This document shows positions 1 through 10,888 of a DNA stretch of 64,000 nucleotides, piece after piece. The notes below the pieces were generated by a model. That model made no database searches and had not been told where the DNA came from. It was given only the letters and a program-made list of their open reading frames with translations. Source of the stretch: Octopus sinensis (lineage: Eukaryota); assembly GCF_006345805.1 (NCBI RefSeq), contig NC_043004.1:34720001-34784000 (forward strand). Reading direction: 5' to 3'. The translations under genes and the position numbers were made by a program. Each line of letters starts with the position of its first letter. Position 1 is the stretch's first letter.

Positions 1-189
1 GCCAATACAATGGTATGTCTTGAGAAGCAGGGAGGATGACAATGTCCTTGCTATAACAGTGAAATTTTATCTATTTTCAGTCATCTTGTAAATGCTCCAA
101 CAGTCCCCTGTCTCTCTGGAAGGGATTTGCTTTGTAGTCTGTACAACAAGTCCACTGTAAATGATGCTATCAATTGGCTCCCTTTTTCT

Positions 190-406
190 ATGCCTCGCCT
201 GGCATCTGTGCAGGTGGCACGTAAAAAGCACCCACTACACTCACGGAGTGGTAGGTGTTAGGAAGGGCATCCAGCTGTAGAAACATTGCCAGATAAGACT
301 AGAGCCTGGTGCAGTCTTCTGGCTTCCCAGATCCCCGGTCGGACCGTCCAACCCACGCTAGCATGGAGAACGGACGTTAAACGATGATGATGATGATGAT
401 GATGAT
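190..406 (+). mobile_element. SINE-like family A ((GAT)n tail, internal ggcacgtaaaaagcacc modules)
   Basis: Shares 'ggaagggcatccagctgtagaaac...ccatgctagcatgga..ggacgttaaacgatgatgat' with >12 other copies in the window; orientation taken from the (GAT)n tail. Confidence 0.8.
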
Positions 407-424
407 ATATGTATGTGTGTGTAT

Positions 425-598
425 ATGTTGACAATTGATGGTAGTGTGTTTACATCCCTGTAACTTAGCAGTTCAGCAAAAGTGGCCAATAGAATAAGTA
501 CTAGGCTTACAAAGAATAAGTCCTGGGGTTGATTTGCTTGACTAAAGGCAGTGCTCCAGCATGGCCACAGTCAAAATGACTGAAACAAGTAAAAGAGC
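425..598 (+). mobile_element. SINE family B, 3' half
   Basis: 'gaataagtactaggcttacaaagaataagtcc...ggcagtgctccagcatggccacagtc' matches copies at 23843, 51290, 57678, 62485. Confidence 0.8.
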
Positions 599-599
599 T

Positions 600-995
600 A
601 TGTTACTACATTTTAACCACAGGTAAACATCTTTTCCAGGTGGTTAATGACACACATTCTGTGTGTGATATATTGTGAGTAAGGGAGCGAATCGCTGCCT
701 CCCCTCCAGCTCGGCAAGACCTGTAGACCATGGTTCCTGGGCCTTTGCCCCTCATTGGTACTCAACACCTGCCAGCTAGAGATAGTAGTCAATCATCCCT
801 CCTCACAATATATAAAAAGAGAAGTGGCAGACAACTGTTGATCTCATAATGAGCAAAGAAGCAAGTTCTAAAATCTCTAAATGAGATATAAGTAGTAACA
901 ATACTAGACAGTAATGTTGTTTTGCCACTATAACATGGCTGTTCTATGAAGAACTATGGTATTACATTTTAACCCCAGGAAAACGTCTTTTCAAG
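600..995 (-). mobile_element. Old ~355-bp tandem unit related to the hammerhead-bearing unit at 56004-56806
   Basis: 'tatgttactacattttaaccacagg' (600) recurs as 'tatggtattacattttaaccccagg' (~955); both resemble 'gctactgtagtttttagccccagg' of the 56-kb unit. Confidence 0.55.
723..761 (-). ncRNA. Decayed type I hammerhead ribozyme relic
   Basis: Minus: GTA-CCAATGAG-GGGC-AAAG-GCCC-AGGAAC-CATG-GTC-TAC; core mutated, but stem II, palindromic stem III (ACCATGGT), GUC and stem I are retained. Confidence 0.5.
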
Positions 996-1022
996 CAAGA
1001 CTTTCTTATGATCTTAATATAA

Positions 1023-1345
1023 ATCATCATCATCATCATTTAACGTCCGCTTTCCATGCTAGCATGGGTTGGACGATTTGACTGAGGTCTGGCGAACCAG
1101 ACTCCAATCTCATCTGGCAGAGATTCTACAGCTGGATGCCCTTCCTAATGCCAACCACTCCAAGAGTGTAGTGAGTGCTTTTACATGCCACTGGCACGAG
1201 GGCCAGTTTGGTGGTACTGGCAACGGCCACGCCCAAATGGTGCTTTTTATGTGCCACCTGCACAGGAGCCAGTCCAGCAGCACTGGCGATGAGCTCGCTC
1301 GAATGTTTTACGTGCCCCCAGCACAAATACTAGTACGGTAACGCA
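1023..1345 (-). mobile_element. SINE-like family A
   Basis: (ATC)n tail at left, reverse complement of family A with three internal modules. Confidence 0.8.
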
Positions 1346-1374
1346 GTAACGATCACACTTGAATGGTGTAAACA

Positions 1375-1713
1375 TAACAGGCTGGATATTGTCATTTGGG
1401 ACAGAGGGGCAAAGGTATGTACCATCATAGACGTCAGTTGCCCTGCAGATATAAATGCCTCTTTCAAAATCAAAGAAAAGGAGGATATCTATGGACATAT
1501 GCTTCAAAATCTCCAGTTTCTATATCCAAATGACCCACAATACGGACTCTTTGAAATTCAGACAGTTCCAAGTTTCCTTTTGTACATGGTATGATTAAAC
1601 AGTCTCATATTGAACCTGAAGCATAAAAATATCAATTAGTAAAAAGTATAAACCTTTACAAATTAGAATAGACATAAAACGATGTTTATGTTTGTCTATT
1701 TACTTCTGTCATG

Positions 1714-1744
<31 letters not shown>

Positions 1745-1745
1745 T
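1375..1745 (+). repeat. Direct repeat copy 1 (RLE-type non-LTR 3' fragment plus flank), duplicated at 3595-3960
   Basis: Near-identical to 3595-3960 at an offset of ~2221 bp; encodes NRLDIVIWDRGAKVCTI. Confidence 0.85.
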
Positions 1746-2600
1746 AATAGAAATAATGTACATGTGCATGGAGATAAAATAGAGTTTTACGAGTCCAACA
1801 GCTCAAATGTTTCACATGCCACCAGCACAAAATTATTAATGGTGTTTCATTTCCCTGAACTTGAATACCCAACAAGATTTGTTTGTAGACATACTGCTGG
1901 ATACCATTTTTACTCATGGTACCACGTTTACTGCTAATCTTTTAGCCATGATGTAAGAGTAGAGTTTGGCTATTGGTTATGTGATGCACACATTAGTTTC
2001 ACTCTCTCATCGCACAATATGTCCAGTAGCCAGATAAAGTTAAGACAACTAAGCTTCTTTGACACTCTGGGAGATTACCAAAGTGCTGGAAGTGATTTGC
2101 ATACCTTTCAGTACCATTTCACTTGGTGTCTGCCCAAACCATAAGACATCCTTCGAAATATTTTCCCTGCAACATGGCTTTCAGCACAGCAAGGGTATGT
2201 TGCCTCCTACACTAGTGATCCAACTTCTCTGCTGCAACTTCAAACCTGTGACGATGAAGGCTACCTTTTATTTTTTACCATGCATTACTTCAATGAAATA
2301 TGAACATGTTACTAAACACACACCTGCATATTTAATGAGTGAACAGGTAGACATTACTTGATTGGTCATTGACTCTCTTGCACTTTGATGTTTTCTTGTG
2401 TTACGTCTCTGATTAATTATGGCTGAGTTTGTTATCAGATTGTGTTGGTGTTAAAACAGAATTAACTCTGGGAAACTCAGATTGCTCAAATCAATCAATC
2501 AGTCTTTTGGCCTGTGTATCTGTGTGTGTGTGTGTGTGAGAGAGAGAGAGTATGTGTCTTCCCCTTTCTCTCTTTCTCCCTCCCTCTGTCTGTCTGTCTC

Positions 2601-2645
<45 letters not shown>

Positions 2646-2909
2646 CAAATAAATAATGAATATGTCCAGGTATACCTGAAAATTTATCTATCTAAATATA
2701 TATATATATTTGAGTAGTTGAATGAATTATCTTATTAAGGATAATTCGAAAGATAACCGATACCTGCGTAGCAAATTCACATCAGAAAGAACACAGTTGA
2801 AGCTACGTCCCTAGGGCAAAGACTACGTGTCTTCGTGCGGAAATTTGTATGTTTATTTTAAAATTATAAGTATATGAAAGAATGGAGTTGAACGACTAGT
2901 TAACAAATA

Positions 2910-3006
2910 TCCTTTATTCTCGACATATGTTTCGAAGACTGCATATTCCTAATTCCGAAGGAATAAGGAGTACATTATGCAGATTTCTCATCAGGAAAAT
3001 CAAGGA
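2910..3006 (-). ncRNA. Type I hammerhead ribozyme (intact core, long stem II)
   Basis: Minus: TCCTTGATTTTC-CTGATGA-GAAATCTGCATA...TATGCAGTCTTC-GAAA-C-ATAT-G-TC/GAGAATAAAGGA; palindromic ACATATGT; predicted cut between 2922 and 2921. Confidence 0.8.
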
Positions 3007-3231
3007 ACTTATGTCGACATCAAAATGCACAAAAAACTTTTAGCTGACCGCTCTCAAGGAGCCCATGGCGATAATGAGTGTCTCTTTATAAGGAGTGACG
3101 TCAGAGTGGTAGATTCTTCTACATTCAGCCACTCTGACGTCACTCCTTATAAAGAGACACTCATTATCGCCATGGGCTCCTTGAGAGCGGTCAGCTAAAA
3201 GTTTTTTGTGCATTTTGATGTCGACATAAGT

Positions 3232-3328
3232 TCCTTGATTTTCCTGATGAGAAATCTGCATAATGTACTCCTTATTCCTTCGGAATTAGGAATATGCAGC
3301 CTTCAAAACATATGTCGAGAATAAAGGA
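3232..3328 (+). ncRNA. Type I hammerhead copy with G12A core mutation (likely inactive)
   Basis: Mirror of 2910-3006; CTGATGA at 3244-3250; GAAA changed to AAAA at 3305. Confidence 0.7.
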
Positions 3329-3366
3329 TATTTAACTAGTCGTTCAACTCCATTCTTTCATATACT

Positions 3367-3431
<65 letters not shown>

Positions 3432-3465
3432 ATACATACTACATACATACACATACATACATACA

Positions 3466-3760
3466 ATGCCATCCGCATGAAAGACTGTCCTGAAATAAAC
3501 TCAGAAAATCCCTCTGTTATGGAATACATTCATAAACACCAACTCTAGGAACATTGGTGGAATATTCCCATCAAAACTTCTGTCAAATGTAAAAATAACA
3601 GGCTGGATATTGTCATTTGGGACAGAGGGGCAAAGGTATGTACCATCGTAGAGGTCAGTTGCCTGCAGATATAAATGCCTCTTTCAAAATCAAAGAAAAG
3701 GAGGATATCTATGGACATATGCTTCAAAATTTCCAGTTTCTATATCCAGATGACCCACAA
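3466..3760 (+). pseudogene. Non-LTR retrotransposon restriction-like endonuclease (RLE) C-terminal fragment
   Basis: Translates EHWWNIPIKTSVKCKNNRLDIVIWDRGAKVCTIVEVS..KIKEKEDIYG, a PD..D-type RLE signature; contains a stop and a frameshift. Confidence 0.7.
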
Positions 3761-3974
3761 TAGGGACTCTTTGAAATTCAGACAGTTCCAAGGTTCCTTT
3801 TGTACATGGTATGATTAAACAGTCACATATTGAAGCTGAAGCATAAAAATATCAATTAATAAAAAGTATAAACCTTTACAAATTAGAATAGACAGAAAAC
3901 GATGTTTATGTGTGTCTATTTACTTCTGTCATGTCTGTATATATATATATACATATATATATATTTGCATATAT

Positions 3975-4260
3975 AGGTACAGGACATCACCAGTTGTGTA
4001 AAGAACATGAAGTATGAAAACAAACAAGCTAAATATGCAAAAACAAGAGAAAAAATGGAAAGCAGGACAAGTAACACAAAGAACGACCCTTCATCAGTTG
4101 TTGGCTGTCTATCTACTCCTCATTTCGAGCATTCAATGACAACATAAGTCTTCAAAGACAGTTGCTCCCATAAATTCCAAAATACCATTTGGGATTTATG
4201 GAGGATCAAAACTGGGAACAAAAACAGGAGAGTGGAGACATACAAGAAAACCAAATGAAA
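3975..4260 (-). repeat. Unclassified interspersed repeat fragment, possibly a Penelope-like 3' end
   Basis: Minus strand has CTGATGAAGG followed by a T-rich tail and ends at a (TA)n tract; no complete hammerhead. Confidence 0.3.
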
Positions 4261-4288
4261 ACAAACATGGAGCGTCATATACATATAT

Positions 4289-4562
4289 ATCATCATCATC
4301 ATCATCAGCGTTTAACGTCCGTTTTCCATGCTAGCATGGGTTGGACTGTTCAACCAGAGTCTGAGAAGACAGGAGGCTGCACCAGGCTCCAGTCCAATCT
4401 GGCAGTGTTTCTACAGCTGGATGTCCTTCTTAACGCCAACCAATCCGTGAGTGTAGTGGGTGCTTTTTACGTGCCACTGGAACAGGGGCCAGAGGAGGCT
4501 GGCAACAGCCACGATCGGTTGGTGCTTTTCACGTGCCACCGGCACGGAAACCAGTCAAGGAG
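4289..4562 (-). mobile_element. SINE-like family A
   Basis: (ATC)n tail plus family A body. Confidence 0.8.
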
Positions 4563-4886
4563 GCGCTGACATCCACAGGCCATAATGTACTCAGCATGTT
4601 GTCATTTATGATTTACATTAAGGGAGCTATGGTCATAAAACAATTCAAATTCACAGGAAAAAAGAGAAGATAAATACAGTAAAGAATAAATAACAAGAAA
4701 AAGCAAAAAAAAATATCAAATGATCAAAATAAAAGAAGTTTGTCAGAGAATTTGGCATTGCACGAAGGTATGAGTGCTAAGATAAAACTAATTTCCAAAG
4801 AGAGATAGGTTGACCAGTCTAGTATTAATTTAAGTGAATAACTGAATCAATATATATACACATATATATACACATATATATACACA

Positions 4887-5120
4887 AAGTCAGAAAACAA
4901 CACAGCTCCCATGACTTTCGGAAACATTTTTTCACGCTCAGAGTTGCTGAAGCATGGAATAAACTGCCTGCGTCAGTTGTTGACTGCCATGACACTGCAT
5001 CCTTTAAGGCCCTCATGCTTTCCAAAATCCGCGGAAACTACACCTGATTATATATACACTTTAGATGAGTTGTAGTGCACCTGAGCACTGTACACAATTA
5101 TTATTATTATTATTATTATT
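4887..5120 (+). mobile_element. CR1/L2-type LINE 3' end
   Basis: FFTLRVAEAWNKLPASVVDCHDTASFK resembles the CR1-type ORF2 C-terminus; followed by a short 3' UTR and a (TTA)n tail. Confidence 0.7.
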
Positions 5121-5299
5121 TATATATTGTTAAATTGACTATTTTGAATGTCATGCTGAAGAGATCTTCATTGGATAGCAACATAGTAATAGGATCAGGA
5201 ATATTGCTGATGTAGAAATTGGTGAGTGTTTTGTAAATTTCTGATTGGTCTCTTTAATAAGCCACATGTAGACCAGGTTCTACTTTGTTGCAATAATTT

Positions 5300-6800
5300 T
5301 CTCAGTACTTTTTGCTTACACAATGGTATTTGAATATTATCTCCATGTATTTTTTTCTTTCTACGTATCACTTTATTTAGTTGATATACGGTATTTCACA
5401 GCAGTGCACAGTTGGCATTGCATTTGCTTCACTCATATAAAATGTGATTGAGCAGAACATATTGAAATGGTTAACTTTTCCTATATGCAGAAACGGACAA
5501 GTGTTTGTTTTTCTCTTTTCCCCATTCCTGAAGGTGGATCTATGATTAAGAAAATGGTCTTTAAAGCTTGCTTTTTAGATTCTAATATAACATACTGAGA
5601 CACTATTTTCACTTCATAATTAATTGATTTCCTTAAGCAGTTTCCATTAAGGAAGCAGTTTTCTTCTTGTCCTACAATTAGATTCAGTTAGCTGAGTGTT
5701 GGCCTGATTAGCTCTCCAATGTTTACATGTTATTATGCAGTTAATATATTTAGTACAATCATAGTTGACTGTGGCATTGTTTTTAATGAAAGAAATTGAC
5801 ATTGGGAATTACTTTTTGATTAGATTTAAATATGACCAGCTAAACTGGATTCTAAATTATTGCTGAAAGGAAATTTATATCAAATGATGTTTTATCCACT
5901 CTGTTTTCTCTTGTGAGAATATTTGAAGATTATTATTATCATCTTCTTTTTAAAGTACACTTATTCGGTTGGTTCCCACTTTTGAATAAAGAATTAATTT
6001 TTTCCTTGATACCAACTTTTTTTAAAATGTTACTCTGATAACTGATATCGTGGTTAAAGGTTGTCCTATCAGGATATTCTATACTTATGTTGCTGAACGA
6101 TAATGCTATAGTGAGAATATGATAGAATATTTAAATAGATGTGTTTTTGGTTAACCTCCAATATTCTTGATATTTTATGTTCTCTAAGTTTAATGTGATA
6201 TCTTTAGGTTTACAATGTTTATATCAGTGATGGCTGTAATGTTAAGGGTGAACACCTTTCGTGTGCTAATAATTTCCTATATCTATCACATCTATGGTAA
6301 GATGACCAGGTCATCTCTACTGTATAATCCTCAGCTGAATGTTTTAAATTTTGCTCTAATGCATTTAAGATGCATAATGCAGCCCCTCACCACACCACTT
6401 GCCCCACTGCAAATTCTTCAATAACAGACATTTCTTAGCTTGCATTATTAGGTTAACATTGTTGCTAATGGTGTTGCTATGTTGCCTTCTGAATTCCAGT
6501 ATTTTAGTTAAAAGACATTTGGAAACTTACAAGTAGATTCTATGATGTCAAAGTGAGTGAATTTTCATCTGTGTTTTTTCTTTATGTTTTGGAACCAGCT
6601 GACAACAGCTTTGATGTTATTTCATTATCACATGCCAGCAGCTTTTCTAATCTTGGTATTGTTAAGAATGTGCTTACAAATGGTACTCAGACCACATTTT
6701 GCAAAACTTACCAGCTTGCATGTGAGATTTCAGAAACATTTTGTATGTGGTTTTAAAAATGATATAAGGCCCTTGTTAGGTTAAGCATTCTCTCCTATTT
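5300..6800 (-). pseudogene. Decayed Penelope-like retroelement ORF (reverse transcriptase + GIY-YIG endonuclease)
   Basis: Minus-strand motifs in order: AVVSWFQNI..FTHFDIIES (6535-6609), GLYSRDDLVIL (6298-6330), DITLNL, CFLNGNCLRKSINYEVKI (5604-5657), FKDHFLNHRSTF; many stops and frameshifts. Confidence 0.7.
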
Positions 6801-6880
6801 TCTAGTTTTAGTTTAACTTCTATGAGTTTTGCTCCATTGTTGATTTCATTATCGGTGCTGTAATTCCAGTATGCCAATGT

Positions 6881-7070
6881 GAGCTGGCAGAATGGTTAGC
6901 ATGCAGGGCAAAATGCTTGATGGCATTTCGTCTGTCTTTATATTCTGAGTTCAAATTCCACTAATGGTAACTTAGCCTTTCATCTTTTCAGTATCAATAA
7001 AATAAGTACCAGTAATTAACTTGCCCCTTACCTCAAAATTGTTGGCCTTGTGCTAAAATTTAAAATCAAT
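6881..7070 (+). mobile_element. tRNA-derived SINE family C
   Basis: 'gagctggcagaa..ttagca..gaaatgc..tctgagttcaaattcc..cctttcatccttt' with A/B-box-like head. Confidence 0.75.
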
Positions 7071-7149
7071 ATGTTAATGTGATGTTGTTTGTGAGGAAGG
7101 TTATTGTATATGGTTATTTTAGCACATAAAATGCACCATACAAACGTGG

Positions 7150-7430
7150 CTGATGCCAGTTCCACTTCATTGGTCCTGTGCTGGTGGCATGTAAAATGCA
7201 ACATCCAAGCATGGTAATTGCCAGTGCTGCCTGACTGGCCCTCATTCCAGTGGCATGTAAAAGGCACCCACTACACTCTTGGAGTGATTGGTGTTACGAA
7301 GGGCATCCAGCTGTAGAAACCTTGCCAAATCAGACTGGAGTCTGGTGCAGCCTCCTGGCTCACCAGTCCTCAGTCAAACCATCTAACCCATGCCAGCATG
7401 GAAAACGGACATTAACTGATGATGATGATG
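7150..7430 (+). mobile_element. SINE-like family A
   Basis: Family A body with (GAT)n tail. Confidence 0.75.
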
Positions 7431-8968
7431 AGTGTAACTTTCCTGGTAGATATTCTAGTTCCTTGTATGCTTTACATGAGTCTGGTCTTGAGTTTTCCCT
7501 TGTTACTTCAACAGACAGAACTTCCTTCAGCCATGTTGGTTGTGTTAAACTGGAAAATGGTTTAAATCCACTGAAGAACATTCACACAGGCTTCCATACA
7601 GTTTCTGCCTTTACTATTTCACTCACAAGTCACTGGTCTATGCAAGACTACACTAGCAGACATTGAAATCATATATAAAAAGGGAGGGACGAATTCAGGA
7701 GCCCATGGTTTTTAAATCAAATATCTAACCACAGAGAGCCAATTCCCCCATTTTGAAATTGATCTAGATTCTACTTGATTCTACTTGATTCTACTGCATG
7801 CTTTCAGGATATTGAACCATTTATCAGTAACAATCAATTCTGGGTTTATATAAATGCTTCATTACAGCAATGGTTGCCTTACTGTATTAAACTCAACTCT
7901 GCAGTTACTATTTAGCTTTTCAGTGAGTATTATATCAGCTGTCTCTTTGATTTTCTCTTTTCTTAATAGTTCTGTCAATAATGGATACTTCATTCCATAG
8001 CAATAGCCAATTTCTTTTCACATACTATGTTCTTCTATTCCTGACTAAGATGTCTCTCAAATGACCAGATATTTCGATATTCTTCCATTCTGAAGTTATG
8101 TTGTTTCTCAGTTTTAAAGTCTTCCACAAAAGCATGGAACATTCTAAAAAGAATCATTTAGTAATTCATTCCTGTATCTTTATTATACCAGTATAAATAT
8201 GCATAAACGTTTGTGAGAGTATAAGTATAAATACAAGAAATAATAACAGTGTGCTTTGCTGTTGAGCAAAAAGGCATGATACTGGCTGTATATAATATTT
8301 AATAAGGTACTTGCTGTGATCTGCATGACACGGTTTTTTTTTTTATTACAATATATAAACTTTGACCAACAAAGTTACATACAGTGGATAGAGAAAGTTA
8401 TCTGCAAGTCAACAAGTAATAGAAACAGCAAACTACAAGCTGAACAAAGGTCTGGAAAACTTCTCAATTTTCAAATTAGATGAATGATGACAGGAAGCAA
8501 TACCTGACAGGTCCACTACAGGCTGGCACCACAGAAAACAGTTGTTAAAGAATTGATGTTGGGAATCATGATGACGACGACGAAGGCGATAATGATGATG
8601 ATGATGATGATGATTATAATGTTTTGAACATTCAGAAATACATGTAACAGAATTGAAAATATATTTCTGTAAAGACAGACATATTGACTCACACACAAAG
8701 ACTCAGATGGACACATTGAACGAGGTTGGGAAGGACAGCAGGTTCTATTGCTAGACTGCTTATTTCCAAGACACAAGTTCAAAACTAACACTTTATGTCC
8801 CTTCATTTAATTAGTTTGTTGAGCAAATATGTTCCATTCCTATGCAGTCATGGTTTTGATAGTTGCAAGAGGAATCCATCTGAAAGACAAGAAGCTACTT
8901 TTTACAGAATCTACAGAAATTTGATACAAAGCTTTTTCTCTTAAACATAATGTGGGATACATACATAA

Positions 8969-9005
<37 letters not shown>

Positions 9006-9250
9006 CACACACAAACACGCATGCATACACACACATGCACGAATGCACATACACACACACAGACACACATACATATGAAAAAAGAGTGAGTGGGAGAGTG
9101 AATAGGGAAAGATGTGAGAAATGTATTTGTACACACATATACATAAATGTGTATGTGTGTGTGTGAGAGAGAGATACAGAGAAGAGAGAGAGAGAGGGGA
9201 ATATAGCAATAGATTTGGGGCATTGAAATGCATAAATACACAGTGTTACA

Positions 9251-10129
9251 TCTCTGCCAGCTCGCCACCTAATGTAAGTGTTTTATATTAAGGCATCATG
9301 ACTCTCCCCAGGCACAACAAAATTTGTTTCAGCACACAAATTCACATAAGGAATCTTACAAATCAGATACAAAAACGAACTATAACAAAAACAATTCTAC
9401 GTTAATGAATGAGGTTACTCTATGCTCTTGTAGAGTACAAATTTATTCTTGAGCAAGAATATTTTTACTGGTGACAGTTAAGCCAATGCTGGACAGTCCA
9501 AGAATGACATAATTGGCAACTCTAAATGTAATTCACAGTTGGAAAGACATTCAGAGTGTAAGCACAAATCTTTGGCAGAAAAAAATTGGTATTTAACTGA
9601 CAGCAGAGTTTCAAACATAAGCTTTTCCTCAGAGTTTGATTAACCACTTAAAATGATAGCAAGGTCAAACAGCTTATAGAAGTCTGCTTTGCAATCAGGA
9701 AAACCCAGTTTTGATTCTGCTACACAGCTTCATGAGTAATCATCATTTTCTATTGCCTTAGTTTGACCCATGATAAATGGAATCTGTATTAAAAAATTTC
9801 CTGATAGTTTACACCTGTAATTTGAAGTTCCAGTTTGGTCATGTAATGCCACACTAATTCCAACTGTGAATTACATTTACAGTAGCCAATTATGTCATTC
9901 GTGGACTGTCCAGCATTGGCTTAACTGTCACCAGTAAAAATATTCTTGCTCAAGAATAAATTTGTACTCTACAAGAGCATAGAGTAATCATTAACGTAGA
10001 ATTGTTTTTGTATCTGATTTGTAAGATTCCTTATGTGAATTTGTGTGTTGAAACAAATTTTGTTGCACCTGGGGAGAGTCATGATGTCTTAATATAAAAC
10101 ACTTACATTAGGTGGTGAGCTGGCAGAGA
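9251..10129. repeat. Inverted repeat, arms 9251-9544 and 9858-10129, ~310-bp spacer
   Basis: Arms are reverse complements apart from two short insertions in the left arm and a few substitutions. Confidence 0.9.
9595..9636 (-). ncRNA. Type I hammerhead ribozyme candidate in the spacer of the inverted repeat
   Basis: Minus: AACT-CTGAGGA-A-AAGC-TTAT-GTTT-GAAA-C-TCTGCT-G-TC/AGTT; intact core, 4-bp stem I. Confidence 0.6.
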
Positions 10130-10320
10130 CATTAGCATGCCAAGGGAAATGCCTAGCGGTAATTTGTCTGTCTCTACGTTCTGAGTTCAAGTTCTACTGA
10201 GGTTGACTTTGTCTTTCATCCTTTCAGGGGCGATAAATTAAGTACCAGTTGCGTACTGGGGTCAATCTAATCGACCGGTCCCCTCTCCCAAAAGTTTCAG
10301 GCCTTGTACCTCGAGATGAA
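10111..10320 (+). mobile_element. tRNA-derived SINE family C
   Basis: Full family C head and body. Confidence 0.8.
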
Positions 10321-10636
10321 AAAAGTATAACACGCTCACTGTTCATTTTCCATTCATTTATTTATTTATTTCACAAAACATTTTCATTGCTGCATTTGCA
10401 ATTGTAAACTAAAAAACAAAAACATACACCCTCTACACACAGACAAATATATGTGTGTGTGTGTGTGTGTGCATATATATATATATATACACATGTAATT
10501 ATTGTGTATATCTATATATAGTAAAGATTATTTGCCAACATAATGTGTCAGTCCTGGTTAGGACGAATGTTACTGTTACATATATATATGTGTGTGTGAT
10601 TTATATATGTGTAGGTGTGTTTGTGTGCATGTGTGT

Positions 10637-10676
<40 letters not shown>

Positions 10677-10750
10677 ATGTATGTACATTCAAAGTGGGTC
10701 GTTTTACAGAAGTGTGTTTATTTTGCTATACATTTGTCTGTATATCTATA

Positions 10751-10791
10751 TCTATCTATCTATCTGTCTATCTATCTATCTATCTATCTAC

Positions 10792-10885
<94 letters not shown>
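10751..10885. repeat. Compound microsatellite (TATC)n(TC)n(TA)n
   Basis: Directly visible. Confidence 0.95.

Positions 10886-10888
<3 letters not shown>

Larger units (their letters stand above)
2712..3370 (-). mobile_element. Non-coding Penelope-like terminal-repeat element with a ~245-bp-arm palindrome
   Basis: Arms 2865-3109 and 3129-3370 with a 19-nt loop; arms differ by 2 substitutions and a 3-bp indel; each arm holds a hammerhead motif; (TA)n on both sides. Confidence 0.8.

Noticed and set aside
2977-3261. Two near-identical 73-aa ORFs on opposite strands
   Set aside because: Mirror-image by-product of the palindrome; no recognisable protein motif.
4085-4150. CTGATGAAGGG and ctcGAAA on the minus strand as a hammerhead
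   Set aside because: Wrong order for type I, and no consistent stems I/III for type II.
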